A stretch of 64,000 nucleotides of DNA. It comes from Clostridia bacterium (GTDB lineage: Bacteria > Bacillota > Clostridia > UBA1212 > DUPL01). This document shows, one piece after another, positions 1 to 10,035 of this stretch. The stretch covers positions 105,173-169,172 of the forward strand of contig JBMNIW010000004.1 of the NCBI GenBank assembly GCA_050951325.1, given 5' to 3'. The notes under the pieces are model-generated. The model saw only the letters and a program-made list of their open reading frames with translations, searched no databases and was not told the origin of the DNA. The first letter of the stretch is position 1, and every line of letters begins with the position of its first letter. Made by a program: the position numbers and the translations under genes.

Positions 1-2
1 AT

Positions 3-1982
3 TACCTAAGAAATCTTGAAAGCAAAAAAGAAGAAGTAAAAAATCTGCTTGAAAAACAAGGCGTTCTGGATGAAAAATTGACTCAGGAAATCAACAAGGC
101 GGACACTTTGTCTGAAATTGAAGACATCTACAGACCCTATAGACCAAAAAGAAGAACAAGAGCCACTATAGCAAAGGAAAAAGGTCTTAATCCATTGGCA
201 GAAACAATTTATCAGCAGATAAGAATAGGCATGCCCTTGGAAGAATATATTCAGAAATTCATAGACGACAACAAGGATACCGTTACAGTAGAGTCTCTTG
301 AAGAAGCAATAAACGGAGTCAGCGATATAATTGCTGAATTTGTCAGCGATGATGCTGAAATCAGAAAAAGAGTAAGAGGCCACTTTATCCTAAACAGCCA
401 GATAGTATCAAAGGCTACCGACCCGGAAACGGATTCAGTTTACTCAAACTACTACGACTATACGGAATCAACAATAAAAATTGCAGACCACAGAATACTT
501 GCAGTCAACAGGGGTGAAAAGGAAGGCTTTTTAAAAGTCACAATCCAGGTTAACAAGGAAAATGTACTTAGACTAATAAACAACTATGTAATGAAAGAAG
601 ATTGCCAGTACCGTAACTTTATAGAAAGAGCCATTGAAGACTCCTATACCCGCCTCATAGAGCCCTCCATTGAAAGAGAGATAAGAAACTCCCTTACAGA
701 AAGGGCTGTTGAAGGCGCTATAAAAAACTTTTCCAAAAACCTCAAACAACTTCTTATGCAGAGGCCGCTGAAAGGTAAAGTTGTAATGGGAATAGACCCT
801 GCATACAGGACCGGATGCAAATTTGCTGTTTGTGATGACACAGGCAAAGTTCTGGATACAGGAGTCATCTATCCCACTCCACCCCACAACAAGGTTGAAG
901 AAGCTGCAAAAATGCTCAAAGCAGCAATCGAAAAACATAATGTAGATGTAATATCAATAGGAAACGGTACCGCTTCCGGTGAAACGGAGATGTTTGTTGC
1001 ATCACTGTTAAAGGATATTAAAAGAAACATCGGATACATCGTAGTAAACGAAGCCGGCGCCAGTGTTTACTCAGCCTCCGAACTTGCTGCAGAAGAATTC
1101 CCCGATTTCGATGTTGCATTAAGAAGTGCCGTATCCATTGCAAGAAGACTGCAGGACCCGCTGGCAGAGCTTGTAAAGATTGATCCAAAGGCTATTGGTG
1201 TAGGACAGTATCAGCACGACATGCCCACCAATCTTTTGGACTCCGCCCTGAAGGGTGTGGTGGAAGACAGCGTCAATACAGTCGGAGTTGACTTGAATAC
1301 CGCCTCCTTCTCCATCCTCTCCTATGTTTCCGGCATAAACACATCAGTTGCAAGGGAGATAGTAAAGTATAGGGAAGAAAACGGCAAGTTTAAAAACAGG
1401 AAAGAACTTCTCAAGGTTCCCAAACTTGGTGCTAAGACCTTTGAAATGTGCGCAGGTTTCTTAAGAATTCCAGAAAGCGAGGATTTTCTAGACAACACTG
1501 CAGTTCACCCCGAATCCTACGGACCTGCAAGGAAACTACTGGATATGTGCGGAATAGAGTCCACAAAGGACTTGAAACTGGTTGAGGAAAGAGCGAAAAA
1601 AATTGGAGTTGATAAAATAGCCAGGACCATTGAAGTGGGAGTCCCAACCCTTTCCGACATAATTGAGGAAATAAAGAAGCCAGGAAGAGATATAAGGGAT
1701 ACATTGCCCTCTCCAATTGTTCGCACCGAAATTCTCACCCTTGAAAACCTGAAGGAAGGCATGATTCTGACCGGAACTGTAAGGAATGTAATAGACTTTG
1801 GAGCCTTTGTAGACATTGGCGTTCACCAGGACGGTCTTGTGCACATATCTGAAATCTGCGATAAGTACATCAAACATCCCTCTGAAGTTCTAGGAGTGGG
1901 AGATATAATCAAAGTCAAGGTTATAGGTGTTGACATTGACAGAAAAAGAATATCTCTCAGCATGAAAAACATTCCACAATAG
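3..1982 (+). CDS. tex: Tex/YhgF transcription accessory protein with C-terminal S1 domain (5' end outside window)
   Basis: Frame is open from base 3 (YLRNLESKKEEV...). YqgF/RNase-H-like motif MGIDPAYRTGCK, HhH region, S1 motif GTVRNVIDFGAFVDIGVHQDGLVHIS. Confidence 0.95.
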   Translation, partial: YLRNLESKKEEVKNLLEKQGVLDEKLTQEINKADTLSEIEDIYRPYRPKRRTRATIAKEKGLNPLAETIYQQIRIGMPLEEYIQKFIDDNKDTVTVESLEEAINGVSDIIAEFVSDDAEIRKRVRGHFILNSQIVSKATDPETDSVYSNYYDYTESTIKIADHRILAVNRGEKEGFLKVTIQVNKENVLRLINNYVMKEDCQYRNFIERAIEDSYTRLIEPSIEREIRNSLTERAVEGAIKNFSKNLKQLLMQRPLKGKVVMGIDPAYRTGCKFAVCDDTGKVLDTGVIYPTPPHNKVEEAAKMLKAAIEKHNVDVISIGNGTASGETEMFVASLLKDIKRNIGYIVVNEAGASVYSASELAAEEFPDFDVALRSAVSIARRLQDPLAELVKIDPKAIGVGQYQHDMPTNLLDSALKGVVEDSVNTVGVDLNTASFSILSYVSGINTSVAREIVKYREENGKFKNRKELLKVPKLGAKTFEMCAGFLRIPESEDFLDNTAVHPESYGPARKLLDMCGIESTKDLKLVEERAKKIGVDKIARTIEVGVPTLSDIIEEIKKPGRDIRDTLPSPIVRTEILTLENLKEGMILTGTVRNVIDFGAFVDIGVHQDGLVHISEICDKYIKHPSEVLGVGDIIKVKVIGVDIDRKRISLSMKNIPQ

Positions 1983-1990
1983 GTGATATC

Positions 1991-4627
1991 ATGAGGTTTT
2001 CCACGGAAAGGTTGCTTTCTCTGACTTTCGTAATTGTTTTAGTTGTAATCATGCTTGTGTCCATCAGGCATGATTACGACAAAAAACCACCCACAGGTCA
2101 TTTGGAACTGACTGTGGGAGAGGTTTGCATATTTTCACTCATGGATAATAAATACATAAAATATAATCTTGAAAAGGACACTGAATACGAAATCTATCTT
2201 GACATGGATGCAAAAACCTTCACGGATACATACATAGGCCTTTCTATAGACAAAGGAAATATCCAAATTGACGGAAAAGACACAAACAATACCTTGGTTC
2301 CAATATCAAACAGCAAACCAATAACCATAAAATCAGACAGTGATGCAAACCTTACCGTCTCCGTCTTTACATACAACAAAAGCATAAACAAGGAAATACT
2401 ATATACCAGCAACTTTAATTTCCTAAGCAGTATCAATGACTTCTCCAACGAGAAAGAGGATTTGATTCTGGTTCTGACAGGAGATATCAAAACGACTGAA
2501 ACGTTGATTATTAAAAGACCCTGCGAATTCTTCTTGAATGGATTCAACTTTGAATCCACACAAGACTTCATTGTGGATTTTGAATCCACCAAACCATTTA
2601 TAATTCACATGAGAGATAAAAAACAGATCAGGGTTAATGCCTTCTATGCCAATACTCCAAACAGCGACATAACTATTGACAAGATCTTTTTCAAGGATGA
2701 GCCCGAATACGCAGTAAGAGCAAAGACCTTGAACGGAAAATCCATCGGCACAAAAACAACTGTAAAAAGTGCTGAAAAGTTCCTTCAGCTTTTAGATGAC
2801 AATCACTACCCTTACCTTTATCCGGATACAACAATTTCAGTTGGCAATTTTATTCTCGATAACAAGGCTGTTGAATCCTTTTACAACACTTTCAAGAAGG
2901 AAATAACAGTTACAAAGCCTGTCAGGCTCGTTATTAATAAAGGGTTTGAAATAAAGGATGTCGTGTTAAATATCCAAACGGATGAAAAAGGCACCTTGGT
3001 AGTTAATGTGGATGAAAATGCAAACTTCAGCTATCACCATATTTCAATAGATGCCCCAAACTGCTCCCTTTTATGGACAAATTCCGCTCCTAAAGAAGAT
3101 TATGTGGCAAAATACATGAATGTTCAAACATATCAGGGAAAGCCTGTAAACAGCTTTCTTGGCGGCAATGGAAAAGGAAGAATTATAGAATTTGCCAGCA
3201 ATGACTCTCTGGGTCTGGAGTGGGTGGTGAAGGGAAATGTAATTGAAGCACAAATCCCCTTTGATACCAGCGACATACAGCTTGCCGATATTGAAATAAG
3301 TTTTATGACAAGTGAAGGCACAGCTGAAATAGATAAGAAATATGTAAAAGATAATAATTTGGTAGATCTGCATGAATCCCCCTTGATTGTCGTTACCGAT
3401 GAAAAAGGCAAAACAAGAACTTACATGGTATCAGTAAAGAGAAAAGCAAACTCTCTTCCAATAATCTACATATACACCGATGACTATAGAACAATCGATT
3501 CAAAGGAAGAATACATACCAGGTTCCTTCATGATGGATGCGGACCATGTAGATGGGAACTATACAATTCCAACTACAAGTATGAATATTAGGGGGAGAGG
3601 CAATTCCACCTGGAGACTTTTTGACAAGAAACCATATAGAATCAAATTTGATGAAAAGGTATCTTTGTTTGGCCTTGCACCTAACAGGGACTGGGTGCTC
3701 CTTGCAAACTATGCAGACCACTCCCTGCTAAGAAATTACGTTGCCATGGAAATGGGCAAGAAACTTACAAACCTTGAATTCACACCTTCTTCCTACCCTG
3801 TTGACTTGTTTGTTAACGGTGAATACATGGGTGTGTATTCAATTGGCGAACAGATAGAAGTTGCAAAAAGCCGTGTTGATATTGACGAGGACTATGACGA
3901 TCCTGACACCGGATATCTCCTTGAGGTAGGAGGAACTGACAATGTCCTTGAACTGGGTGTCGACTTTTTCCACTCCATGCTTCTTAAGTGGGTCGCCATA
4001 AAGAGTCCGGACACAAGGGCAATGTCAAAAGAACACTTTGACTTCATATCGCAATTTACAAAGGATGCAGACAATGCCATAGTCAGAAATCTGGATTATG
4101 AAAACTATGTAGACATTGACTCGGTAATTGATTGGGTTATTCTACATGAATTTACCTGCAACCTCGATTCAGGATTTAGAAGAAGCTGTTTTCTTTACAA
4201 GGATAAAGGCGGAAAACTCCGCATGGGACCCATATGGGACTTCGACCTTGCCTTTGGCAACTACTTCAGAGACAACTCTTATGACACATGGTTTACCTGC
4301 GGTGGAGAAACTTTGGGAAGCACCTGGACTACTTTCCTTTACCAGTATCCTAAGTTTAACGAGAAATACAAAACGAGATGGAACGAGGTTAAGGATGTAC
4401 TAAAAGATACCGCCCTTTCTGCAGTCACCAACGGTAAAAACATGGTTTACAAGTCTGCAATGTACAACTTTGAAAAATGGAATAAGTTGCTTGGCAACAA
4501 AACTTCCCTGCAGCCTGAGCATATTAGGGAGATGAAAACCTATGACGACCATATCAACTATCTCCTAAATTTCATAAATACCCGTTTCGAGTGGCTTGAC
4601 AACGCTATAAACAACCTGCCCTCGTAG
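1991..4627 (+). CDS. Membrane-anchored/secreted CotH-family kinase domain protein
   Basis: N-terminal TM helix. C-terminal CotH motifs RGRGNSTW, KKPYRIKF, WVLLANYADHSLLRN, YMGVY and GPIWDFDLAFGN. Confidence 0.85.
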   Translation: MRFSTERLLSLTFVIVLVVIMLVSIRHDYDKKPPTGHLELTVGEVCIFSLMDNKYIKYNLEKDTEYEIYLDMDAKTFTDTYIGLSIDKGNIQIDGKDTNNTLVPISNSKPITIKSDSDANLTVSVFTYNKSINKEILYTSNFNFLSSINDFSNEKEDLILVLTGDIKTTETLIIKRPCEFFLNGFNFESTQDFIVDFESTKPFIIHMRDKKQIRVNAFYANTPNSDITIDKIFFKDEPEYAVRAKTLNGKSIGTKTTVKSAEKFLQLLDDNHYPYLYPDTTISVGNFILDNKAVESFYNTFKKEITVTKPVRLVINKGFEIKDVVLNIQTDEKGTLVVNVDENANFSYHHISIDAPNCSLLWTNSAPKEDYVAKYMNVQTYQGKPVNSFLGGNGKGRIIEFASNDSLGLEWVVKGNVIEAQIPFDTSDIQLADIEISFMTSEGTAEIDKKYVKDNNLVDLHESPLIVVTDEKGKTRTYMVSVKRKANSLPIIYIYTDDYRTIDSKEEYIPGSFMMDADHVDGNYTIPTTSMNIRGRGNSTWRLFDKKPYRIKFDEKVSLFGLAPNRDWVLLANYADHSLLRNYVAMEMGKKLTNLEFTPSSYPVDLFVNGEYMGVYSIGEQIEVAKSRVDIDEDYDDPDTGYLLEVGGTDNVLELGVDFFHSMLLKWVAIKSPDTRAMSKEHFDFISQFTKDADNAIVRNLDYENYVDIDSVIDWVILHEFTCNLDSGFRRSCFLYKDKGGKLRMGPIWDFDLAFGNYFRDNSYDTWFTCGGETLGSTWTTFLYQYPKFNEKYKTRWNEVKDVLKDTALSAVTNGKNMVYKSAMYNFEKWNKLLGNKTSLQPEHIREMKTYDDHINYLLNFINTRFEWLDNAINNLPS

Positions 4628-4632
4628 AAAAA

Positions 4633-4661
4633 GTAATATTTGCGAAAGCTTGTCATATAAT
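4633..4661 (+). promoter_or_regulatory. Possible sigmaE-type sporulation promoter
   Basis: GTAATATT-N13-CATATAAT upstream of the 4691 ORF, in a sporulation gene neighbourhood. Confidence 0.35.
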
Positions 4662-4690
4662 TTACCATAACTATTTAGTGAGGGATATGT

Positions 4691-5770
4691 ATGAGCTTTA
4701 ACAATGGATATTACTTTTTCGAGCATAGTGACAAAAGCGTAAGCGGGTATATCATGTTCAGAAAGTCAAACGGCTCTGTACGCGTTCAAGTTTTGGTTGA
4801 AGGACTTAACGTACCTGCTGACAAAGGACAAGTGTATCTATCAAATGCGCAGGGTGACAAGCTGCATTTGGCGGATGTGCCTTTGAGAAAGATGAAAAAC
4901 GGAAGAAGGAGCGTAAACTGCGACGTACGCTTCAATGAAAACAGGAAATCATTAAACAGTTTTGACTGCGCCCACATAGTTGTCAGGAACAAATCCGTCA
5001 TTGAAGCTTTTTCTGGGAAAGTTAGAAACTTTGACAGGGACATGTTCAACGACAATTACCAAAAGAAGCCTGAAAAAACTGCTGCTCCTGAGAAAAAGGA
5101 GTTGGACAAGATCGAAGAAAAACCAAAACCAGAACTCAAACCCATGCCAGAACCAAAACCGCTTGTTGATATTGAAACCAAACCCGAGATAAAAGAGGAA
5201 AAACCTCCCGAGCCGCAGAAAACTGCAAACGACACAACAAACGGCCGTACAATTGCGCCTTCAAAAACAGAGCAATTTACAAAACCGCAGAACATGGAAA
5301 AACCCAGCTTTGACTGGGATGAATTCCTGAACAAGGAGCTAAAGGCAGCCGACATAAACAAGGAAGTCAAGAAGGAAGAGAAATATCCTGACGACACCTT
5401 CAATGAAATGCTCCTTCCCTTTGATCCATTCAATACTACCAACAAGGCTTACAACTGGTGGGTTGCAGACAACTATCAGCAGGCATCCGACGCCTTCAAG
5501 GCAATAAATGTACTTATGCCCACAATAATAACAAAGTTTCTGTACAACAATATTGAAAACCACAAACATGCACTGATTGGCAGATACGAGCAGGACGGAC
5601 GGAAATTCGTAATACTGGGCATACCCTCTGCCAATGTCATAACCAACTCCGTTGCCCGCTGGATGAAGTGTTCCGTCTTTTATACGGATACAGAATATGT
5701 TGGGTATCTCCTCTACTACATAGACGCAAAAACATCTTCATTGGTAAAGGCGGTGCCCCAGGAAGACTAA
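4691..5770 (+). CDS. Hypothetical protein with central Pro/Glu/Lys-rich linker
   Basis: 359-aa ORF with GAGGG SD; two globular regions separated by a PEPK-rich linker. Confidence 0.75.
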   Translation: MSFNNGYYFFEHSDKSVSGYIMFRKSNGSVRVQVLVEGLNVPADKGQVYLSNAQGDKLHLADVPLRKMKNGRRSVNCDVRFNENRKSLNSFDCAHIVVRNKSVIEAFSGKVRNFDRDMFNDNYQKKPEKTAAPEKKELDKIEEKPKPELKPMPEPKPLVDIETKPEIKEEKPPEPQKTANDTTNGRTIAPSKTEQFTKPQNMEKPSFDWDEFLNKELKAADINKEVKKEEKYPDDTFNEMLLPFDPFNTTNKAYNWWVADNYQQASDAFKAINVLMPTIITKFLYNNIENHKHALIGRYEQDGRKFVILGIPSANVITNSVARWMKCSVFYTDTEYVGYLLYYIDAKTSSLVKAVPQED

Positions 5771-5772
5771 AA

Positions 5773-6297
5773 TCAAATACCAAAAATCAAGGATATGAAA
5801 ACCCCTGCATAGAAGGCGGAAACAAAACTTGCTACAAGAGCCGCTGTCAAAACATTGGGGGTTTTCCTTATTCTTGTATTCTGGGTGTATACAGTCAATG
5901 TATAAAGTATGGTTTCAGTAGAACCCATCATTACAGACGCAATCATGCCGGCTTTTGAATCCGCACCGTAAGTCTTGAATATGTCTGCAAGAAGTGCCAA
6001 TGAGCCGCTGCCAGACACTGGTCTCATTATCAAAAAAGGAACAAGGGCGTCATCAAGGCCAAGAAAGCTGGTAACAGGGTGTAAAAAAGAAACCAGAATA
6101 TCCAATGCTCCGGATGCCCTGAAAACGCTGATTGCTACAATCAGACCTACAAGGGAAGGAAGAAGCTTTACAATGGTGGTTGCTCCTTCCTTTGCTCCCA
6201 CTATAAAAGAATCAAAACATTTCACCTTTCTGAACACTCCGGAAACGAGAATTAAAAGCACCATTACCGGTATTACATAGGAGATGAATTGAGTCAT
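5773..6297 (-). CDS. spmB: Spore maturation protein B
   Basis: Hydrophobic protein with RPVSGSGS and GSTETILYTL motifs; coupled to spmA. Confidence 0.93.
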   Translation of the reverse strand: MTQFISYVIPVMVLLILVSGVFRKVKCFDSFIVGAKEGATTIVKLLPSLVGLIVAISVFRASGALDILVSFLHPVTSFLGLDDALVPFLIMRPVSGSGSLALLADIFKTYGADSKAGMIASVMMGSTETILYTLTVYTQNTRIRKTPNVLTAALVASFVSAFYAGVFISLIFGI

Positions 6298-6875
6298 TAC
6301 CGCTTCCTCCTTCCATCAAGGATAAAAAAAACAAGAAGAGCGGTTATAAGGGTAAGAACTGATGTAATCCATATAGGCACCAAAACATCTGCAGGATTCT
6401 TCGCTCCGAATGAATTTCTCAAGGCAATAATGGTTGTAGGTACAAGTTGAAGGCATGCGGAATTTACAACGAGAAACAAACATGTGCTTTTTCTGGCAGT
6501 GGTGTTTGGATTTGTCCTTTCAAGTTCATGGACTGCAGCAATTCCTGATGGAGTGGCTCCATTACCCAAACCTAGAAAGTTCGCTGTCAGGTTTGTGACA
6601 ATATGCTTTTCTGCTTCCTTGTTGTACCTTGTTTCAGGAAACAGTTTCCTAATAACGGGACTGATTAGTTTTGATATGAAGTTAATGCCTCCCGCATCCT
6701 GAAATATGCGCATCAAGCCACACCAAAGGGAAACCACTCCCAAAAGACCTATGCAGAAAGTAACCGCATCATTTGACGCATCCAACAAGGTTTTGCCAAC
6801 GGCATCAATTTTTCCGTTGGCAATACCAACGACCAGACCAACAATCAACAAAGCAACCCAGATATAATTTAGCAT
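6297..6875 (-). CDS. spmA: Spore maturation protein A
   Basis: MLNYIW start, LWCGLM and ANFLGLGNGATP motifs. Confidence 0.93.
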   Translation of the reverse strand: MLNYIWVALLIVGLVVGIANGKIDAVGKTLLDASNDAVTFCIGLLGVVSLWCGLMRIFQDAGGINFISKLISPVIRKLFPETRYNKEAEKHIVTNLTANFLGLGNGATPSGIAAVHELERTNPNTTARKSTCLFLVVNSACLQLVPTTIIALRNSFGAKNPADVLVPIWITSVLTLITALLVFFILDGRRKR

Positions 6876-6961
6876 ATTACCTACCCATTGGGATTCCTTT
6901 TTAATATATATGCCTGGACAATTCCAAATATTTGTTTAAATATTAATTTATCCTATTTCTA

Positions 6962-6990
6962 TTGACTTTAATTTACATCTAGGGTATGAT
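6962..6990 (+). promoter_or_regulatory. sigmaA promoter of abrB
   Basis: TTGACT-N17-TATGAT, followed by a GGAGG SD. Confidence 0.7.
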
Positions 6991-7029
6991 GATAGGTGTA
7001 AATATTTTTGTAAAGGGGAGGAGAATAAT

Positions 7030-7272
7030 ATGATGAAATCAACGGGTATAGTTAGACGAGTTGACGAGCTAGGTAGAGTTGTACTTCCCATTGAGCTTAG
7101 AAGAACACTCGACATCCAAGAAAAAGACGCTCTCGAGATCTACGTGGATGCCAATTCAATCATATTGAAGAAATATGAACCATCCTGTGTATTCTGCGGG
7201 AATGCCAGAGATGTGATTCAATACAAGGGAAAGAATATTTGCCCGGATTGCATTTATGACCTTAAGAAATAA
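7030..7272 (+). CDS. abrB: AbrB transition-state regulator
   Basis: MKSTGIVRRVDELGRVVLPIELRR with CxxC...CxxC C-terminus; convergent with rsmI as in Bacillus. Confidence 0.95.
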   Translation: MMKSTGIVRRVDELGRVVLPIELRRTLDIQEKDALEIYVDANSIILKKYEPSCVFCGNARDVIQYKGKNICPDCIYDLKK

Positions 7273-7290
7273 CATAATATATAGGCGCTA

Positions 7291-8127
7291 TCAAAGGGTA
7301 GTGCCTTTTTTTCTTTCATAAATTGCATAAACATCGTTTCTCGAAAGACCAGTTTCCTTTGCAACTTCTTTAATCGCATTGTTTCTCTTTAGACCACTTT
7401 CAATCTTTTCATTTACCATGTTGAATATTTCAACCTCTTCGTATTCTATTACTTCTTCTACTTCCCGATTCCCTTCAATAACGATAACGAACTCTCCTCT
7501 TGGATTGTTTTCTTCATAGAACCCAATCAAGCTGTCCACACTACCCCATTTCAATTCTTCAAACTTTTTCGTAAGTTCTCTGGCAAGGCAAATCTTCCTG
7601 TCTACTACATGTTCTTTCAATTCCTTAAGGGTGGAGAGTATGTTGTGTGGAGCCTCATAAAACACAAGTGTTCTTTTTTCATCAGAAATCCTTTTAAGGA
7701 CTTCCCTTCTCTTTTTCTTATCCTGAGGTAGGAATCCTTCAAAAACAAAACTTCTTGTATTGAAACCAGATAAAACAACACCCATTATCAAAGCGCAGGG
7801 ACCGGGTATCAGAGTATATTCAATACCATTTTCAATTGCGAGTTTCACCAAATCCTCTCCCGGATCAGAAATACCGGGAGTACCCGCATCGGTAACATAC
7901 GCAATGGATTCTCCGTTTTTCAGCTTCTCTATCAACTTTTCACCCAATGTATCCTTGTTGTGCTCATGGTAACTTACAAGAGGTTTTCTAATATCAAAAC
8001 GCATAAGAAGCTTTGCGGTATGCCTTGTATCTTCCGCTGCAATCAAATCCACACTCCTTAATGTATCAAGTGCTCTTATGGATATGTCCTCAAGATTCCC
8101 TATTGGTGTTGCAATTAAATACAGCAT
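7291..8127 (-). CDS. rsmI: 16S rRNA C1402 2'-O-methyltransferase
   Basis: LYLIATPIGNLEDIS, AAEDTR, DAGTPGISDPG and RELTKKFEE motifs. Confidence 0.96.
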   Translation of the reverse strand: MLYLIATPIGNLEDISIRALDTLRSVDLIAAEDTRHTAKLLMRFDIRKPLVSYHEHNKDTLGEKLIEKLKNGESIAYVTDAGTPGISDPGEDLVKLAIENGIEYTLIPGPCALIMGVVLSGFNTRSFVFEGFLPQDKKKRREVLKRISDEKRTLVFYEAPHNILSTLKELKEHVVDRKICLARELTKKFEELKWGSVDSLIGFYEENNPRGEFVIVIEGNREVEEVIEYEEVEIFNMVNEKIESGLKRNNAIKEVAKETGLSRNDVYAIYERKKGTTL

Positions 8128-8136
8128 TTTCTTCTC

Positions 8137-8856
8137 CTATAAATTAACTTTTTCCTCAATCATTTTGCACGACAGATTAGGGTCCACAAGTACGGGAGTA
8201 CCCACTTTCAAATTCTCACCACCATACAAGTTTGCCTTAAGCAAAAACAGTATGGGACTGCTTGAAAGCTTTGAATGTACAAACCTTATCAATTTAGGTT
8301 CTAGTTTGTACTTTCTTAATGCAACCAAAGTGTCGCACAGCCTGTCCGGTCTGTTCACCATATACAAGGTGCCTTTTGGCACCAGTACCTGAGCTGCTCC
8401 TTTTACAATATCCTCAATGGTGCAAAGAATCTCATGCCTGGCAGCAGCATTGCTTTCATTAACATTCATCAGACCAGTCCCAAGTTTTTTATACGGGGGA
8501 TTTGTAACAACCACATCGAAGCTGGCTTTAGGAAAGTAGTCAAGTATGTTTTTGACATCTCCCCTTACAATGGAAATCCTGTCGTTCAAATTGTTCAAAC
8601 TGACGCTTCTTGCTGCCATGTCGGCAATATGGTCCTGTATCTCAAGACCTGCAAATAAGCTTTCCAAGTTCTTGTATGACAAAAGTATGGGGATGATTCC
8701 TGATCCGGTTCCTATGTCAAGAACTCTTTGTTTTCCCTTCAGTTCTGCAAAAAGCGACAAAAGGATGCTGTCAGTACCAAATCTAAAACTGTCATTTTTC
8801 TGTATTATTCTTAAATTGCCAATCATCAAGTCTTCTATTCTTTCATCCGGATGCAT
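8137..8856 (-). CDS. tRNA1(Val) A37 N6-methyltransferase (YabB/TrmN6 family)
   Basis: FRFGTDSILL, LDIGTGSG, VTNPPY and ARHE motifs; syntenic with rsmI. Confidence 0.9.
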   Translation of the reverse strand: MHPDERIEDLMIGNLRIIQKNDSFRFGTDSILLSLFAELKGKQRVLDIGTGSGIIPILLSYKNLESLFAGLEIQDHIADMAARSVSLNNLNDRISIVRGDVKNILDYFPKASFDVVVTNPPYKKLGTGLMNVNESNAAARHEILCTIEDIVKGAAQVLVPKGTLYMVNRPDRLCDTLVALRKYKLEPKLIRFVHSKLSSSPILFLLKANLYGGENLKVGTPVLVDPNLSCKMIEEKVNL

Positions 8857-8874
8857 AAAAAAACCCCTTTAATC

Positions 8875-8908
8875 AAAAAAGCTTGCTTGAAACCAAGCAA
8901 ACTTTTTT
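8875..8908. terminator. Bidirectional intrinsic terminator downstream of ferredoxin
   Basis: A-run, TTGCTTG/CAAGCAA stem, T-run. Confidence 0.65.
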
Positions 8909-8935
8909 ATCCATTATTCCAAAGTCATGTACAAA

Positions 8936-9106
8936 TTAATCCTGTGGCTTTGGAGCATCAGTAGGGCATACAGCCGCGCAGCTACCACAATCTATGCATT
9001 GCTCAGCATCTATTACGTAAATATCACCCTCTGAAATGCAATCTGTTGGACACTCTGGCACGCACGCTCCGCATGCAATGCAGTCATCTGTAATATGATA
9101 TGCCAT
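8936..9106 (-). CDS. fdx: 2[4Fe-4S] clostridial-type ferredoxin, 56 aa (absent from ORF track)
   Basis: Hand translation MAYHITDDCIACGACVPECPTDCISEGDIYVIDAEQCIDCGSCAAVCPTDAPKPQD: two CxxCxxCxxxCP motifs; GGGGGTG SD. Confidence 0.95.
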   Translation of the reverse strand: MAYHITDDCIACGACVPECPTDCISEGDIYVIDAEQCIDCGSCAAVCPTDAPKPQD

Positions 9107-9159
9107 AAATACACCCCCAAATAATTTACGTACTATTTTATTTTACCACCAATTGCGTT

Positions 9160-10035
9160 TTAGTCAAGGTCTTCCTCTAAATCCTGTAAACCAAGTTTGA
9201 AATTATCCACATCGCAAACATCCGCATCCCTGATAACCTTGATTTCAGAAACCGAATATGTAGTGAGCTCGGTTTCGTTTTCCTTGTCCAGCCTTACCTG
9301 AACATTCTCCTTTAGAAGATTGGAAGAAACAACAACTCCATTACCGTCAGGAGTTTCCACCACCGCCCCTACCCCGGGCACTACGGACAACGCTTGTTCG
9401 TAAGCATCCTGCTCGTAATTCAGGCAGCACATGAGTCTACCGCAAGTGCCCGAAATTTTGTTTGGACTCAGGGAAAGTCCCTGCTCCTTTGCCATTCTTA
9501 TGGACACCGGCTGAAACTCACCAAGGCAAGAAGTGCAGCACAAAACTCTTCCGCACACTCCAAGGCCTCCAATGGTCTTGGCTTCGTCTCTTACTCCTAC
9601 CTGCCTGAGCTCAATACGGGTTTTAAATATTGCCGCAAGATCCTTTACAAGCTCTCTGAAATCTATTCGTCCATCTGCAGTGAAATAAAAGAGAAGCTTG
9701 TTATTGTCAAAGGTATACTCGCAGTCTATCAGCTTCATTGCAAGCCCGTGCTCGTTAATCTTGTCAAGGCAGATGCCGTGTGCTCTTTTTGCCTTCTCAA
9801 TATTCTTAAGATGTGTTTCATGGTCTTCTTCCGTAGCTACACGGACCACATCCTTCAGCGGAGGAACGATCTCCTCATCATCCACCATTCTGTGTGGAAT
9901 GACCACTTCCCCATACTCAAGTTCCCTGGAAGTTTCAACAATTACATATGTCCCTTTGTCAAACTTTTGACCTTTGGGATTAAAATAATATATCTTACCA
10001 TTCGGTCTGAATCTTACTCCTACTACCTCAATCAT
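9160..10035 (-). CDS. ricT: PSP1/YaaT (RicT) stage 0 sporulation family protein
   Basis: MIEVVGVRF start, RIDFRELVKDLA, CGRVLCC and SGTCGRLMCCL motifs. Confidence 0.93.
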   Translation of the reverse strand: MIEVVGVRFRPNGKIYYFNPKGQKFDKGTYVIVETSRELEYGEVVIPHRMVDDEEIVPPLKDVVRVATEEDHETHLKNIEKAKRAHGICLDKINEHGLAMKLIDCEYTFDNNKLLFYFTADGRIDFRELVKDLAAIFKTRIELRQVGVRDEAKTIGGLGVCGRVLCCTSCLGEFQPVSIRMAKEQGLSLSPNKISGTCGRLMCCLNYEQDAYEQALSVVPGVGAVVETPDGNGVVVSSNLLKENVQVRLDKENETELTTYSVSEIKVIRDADVCDVDNFKLGLQDLEEDLD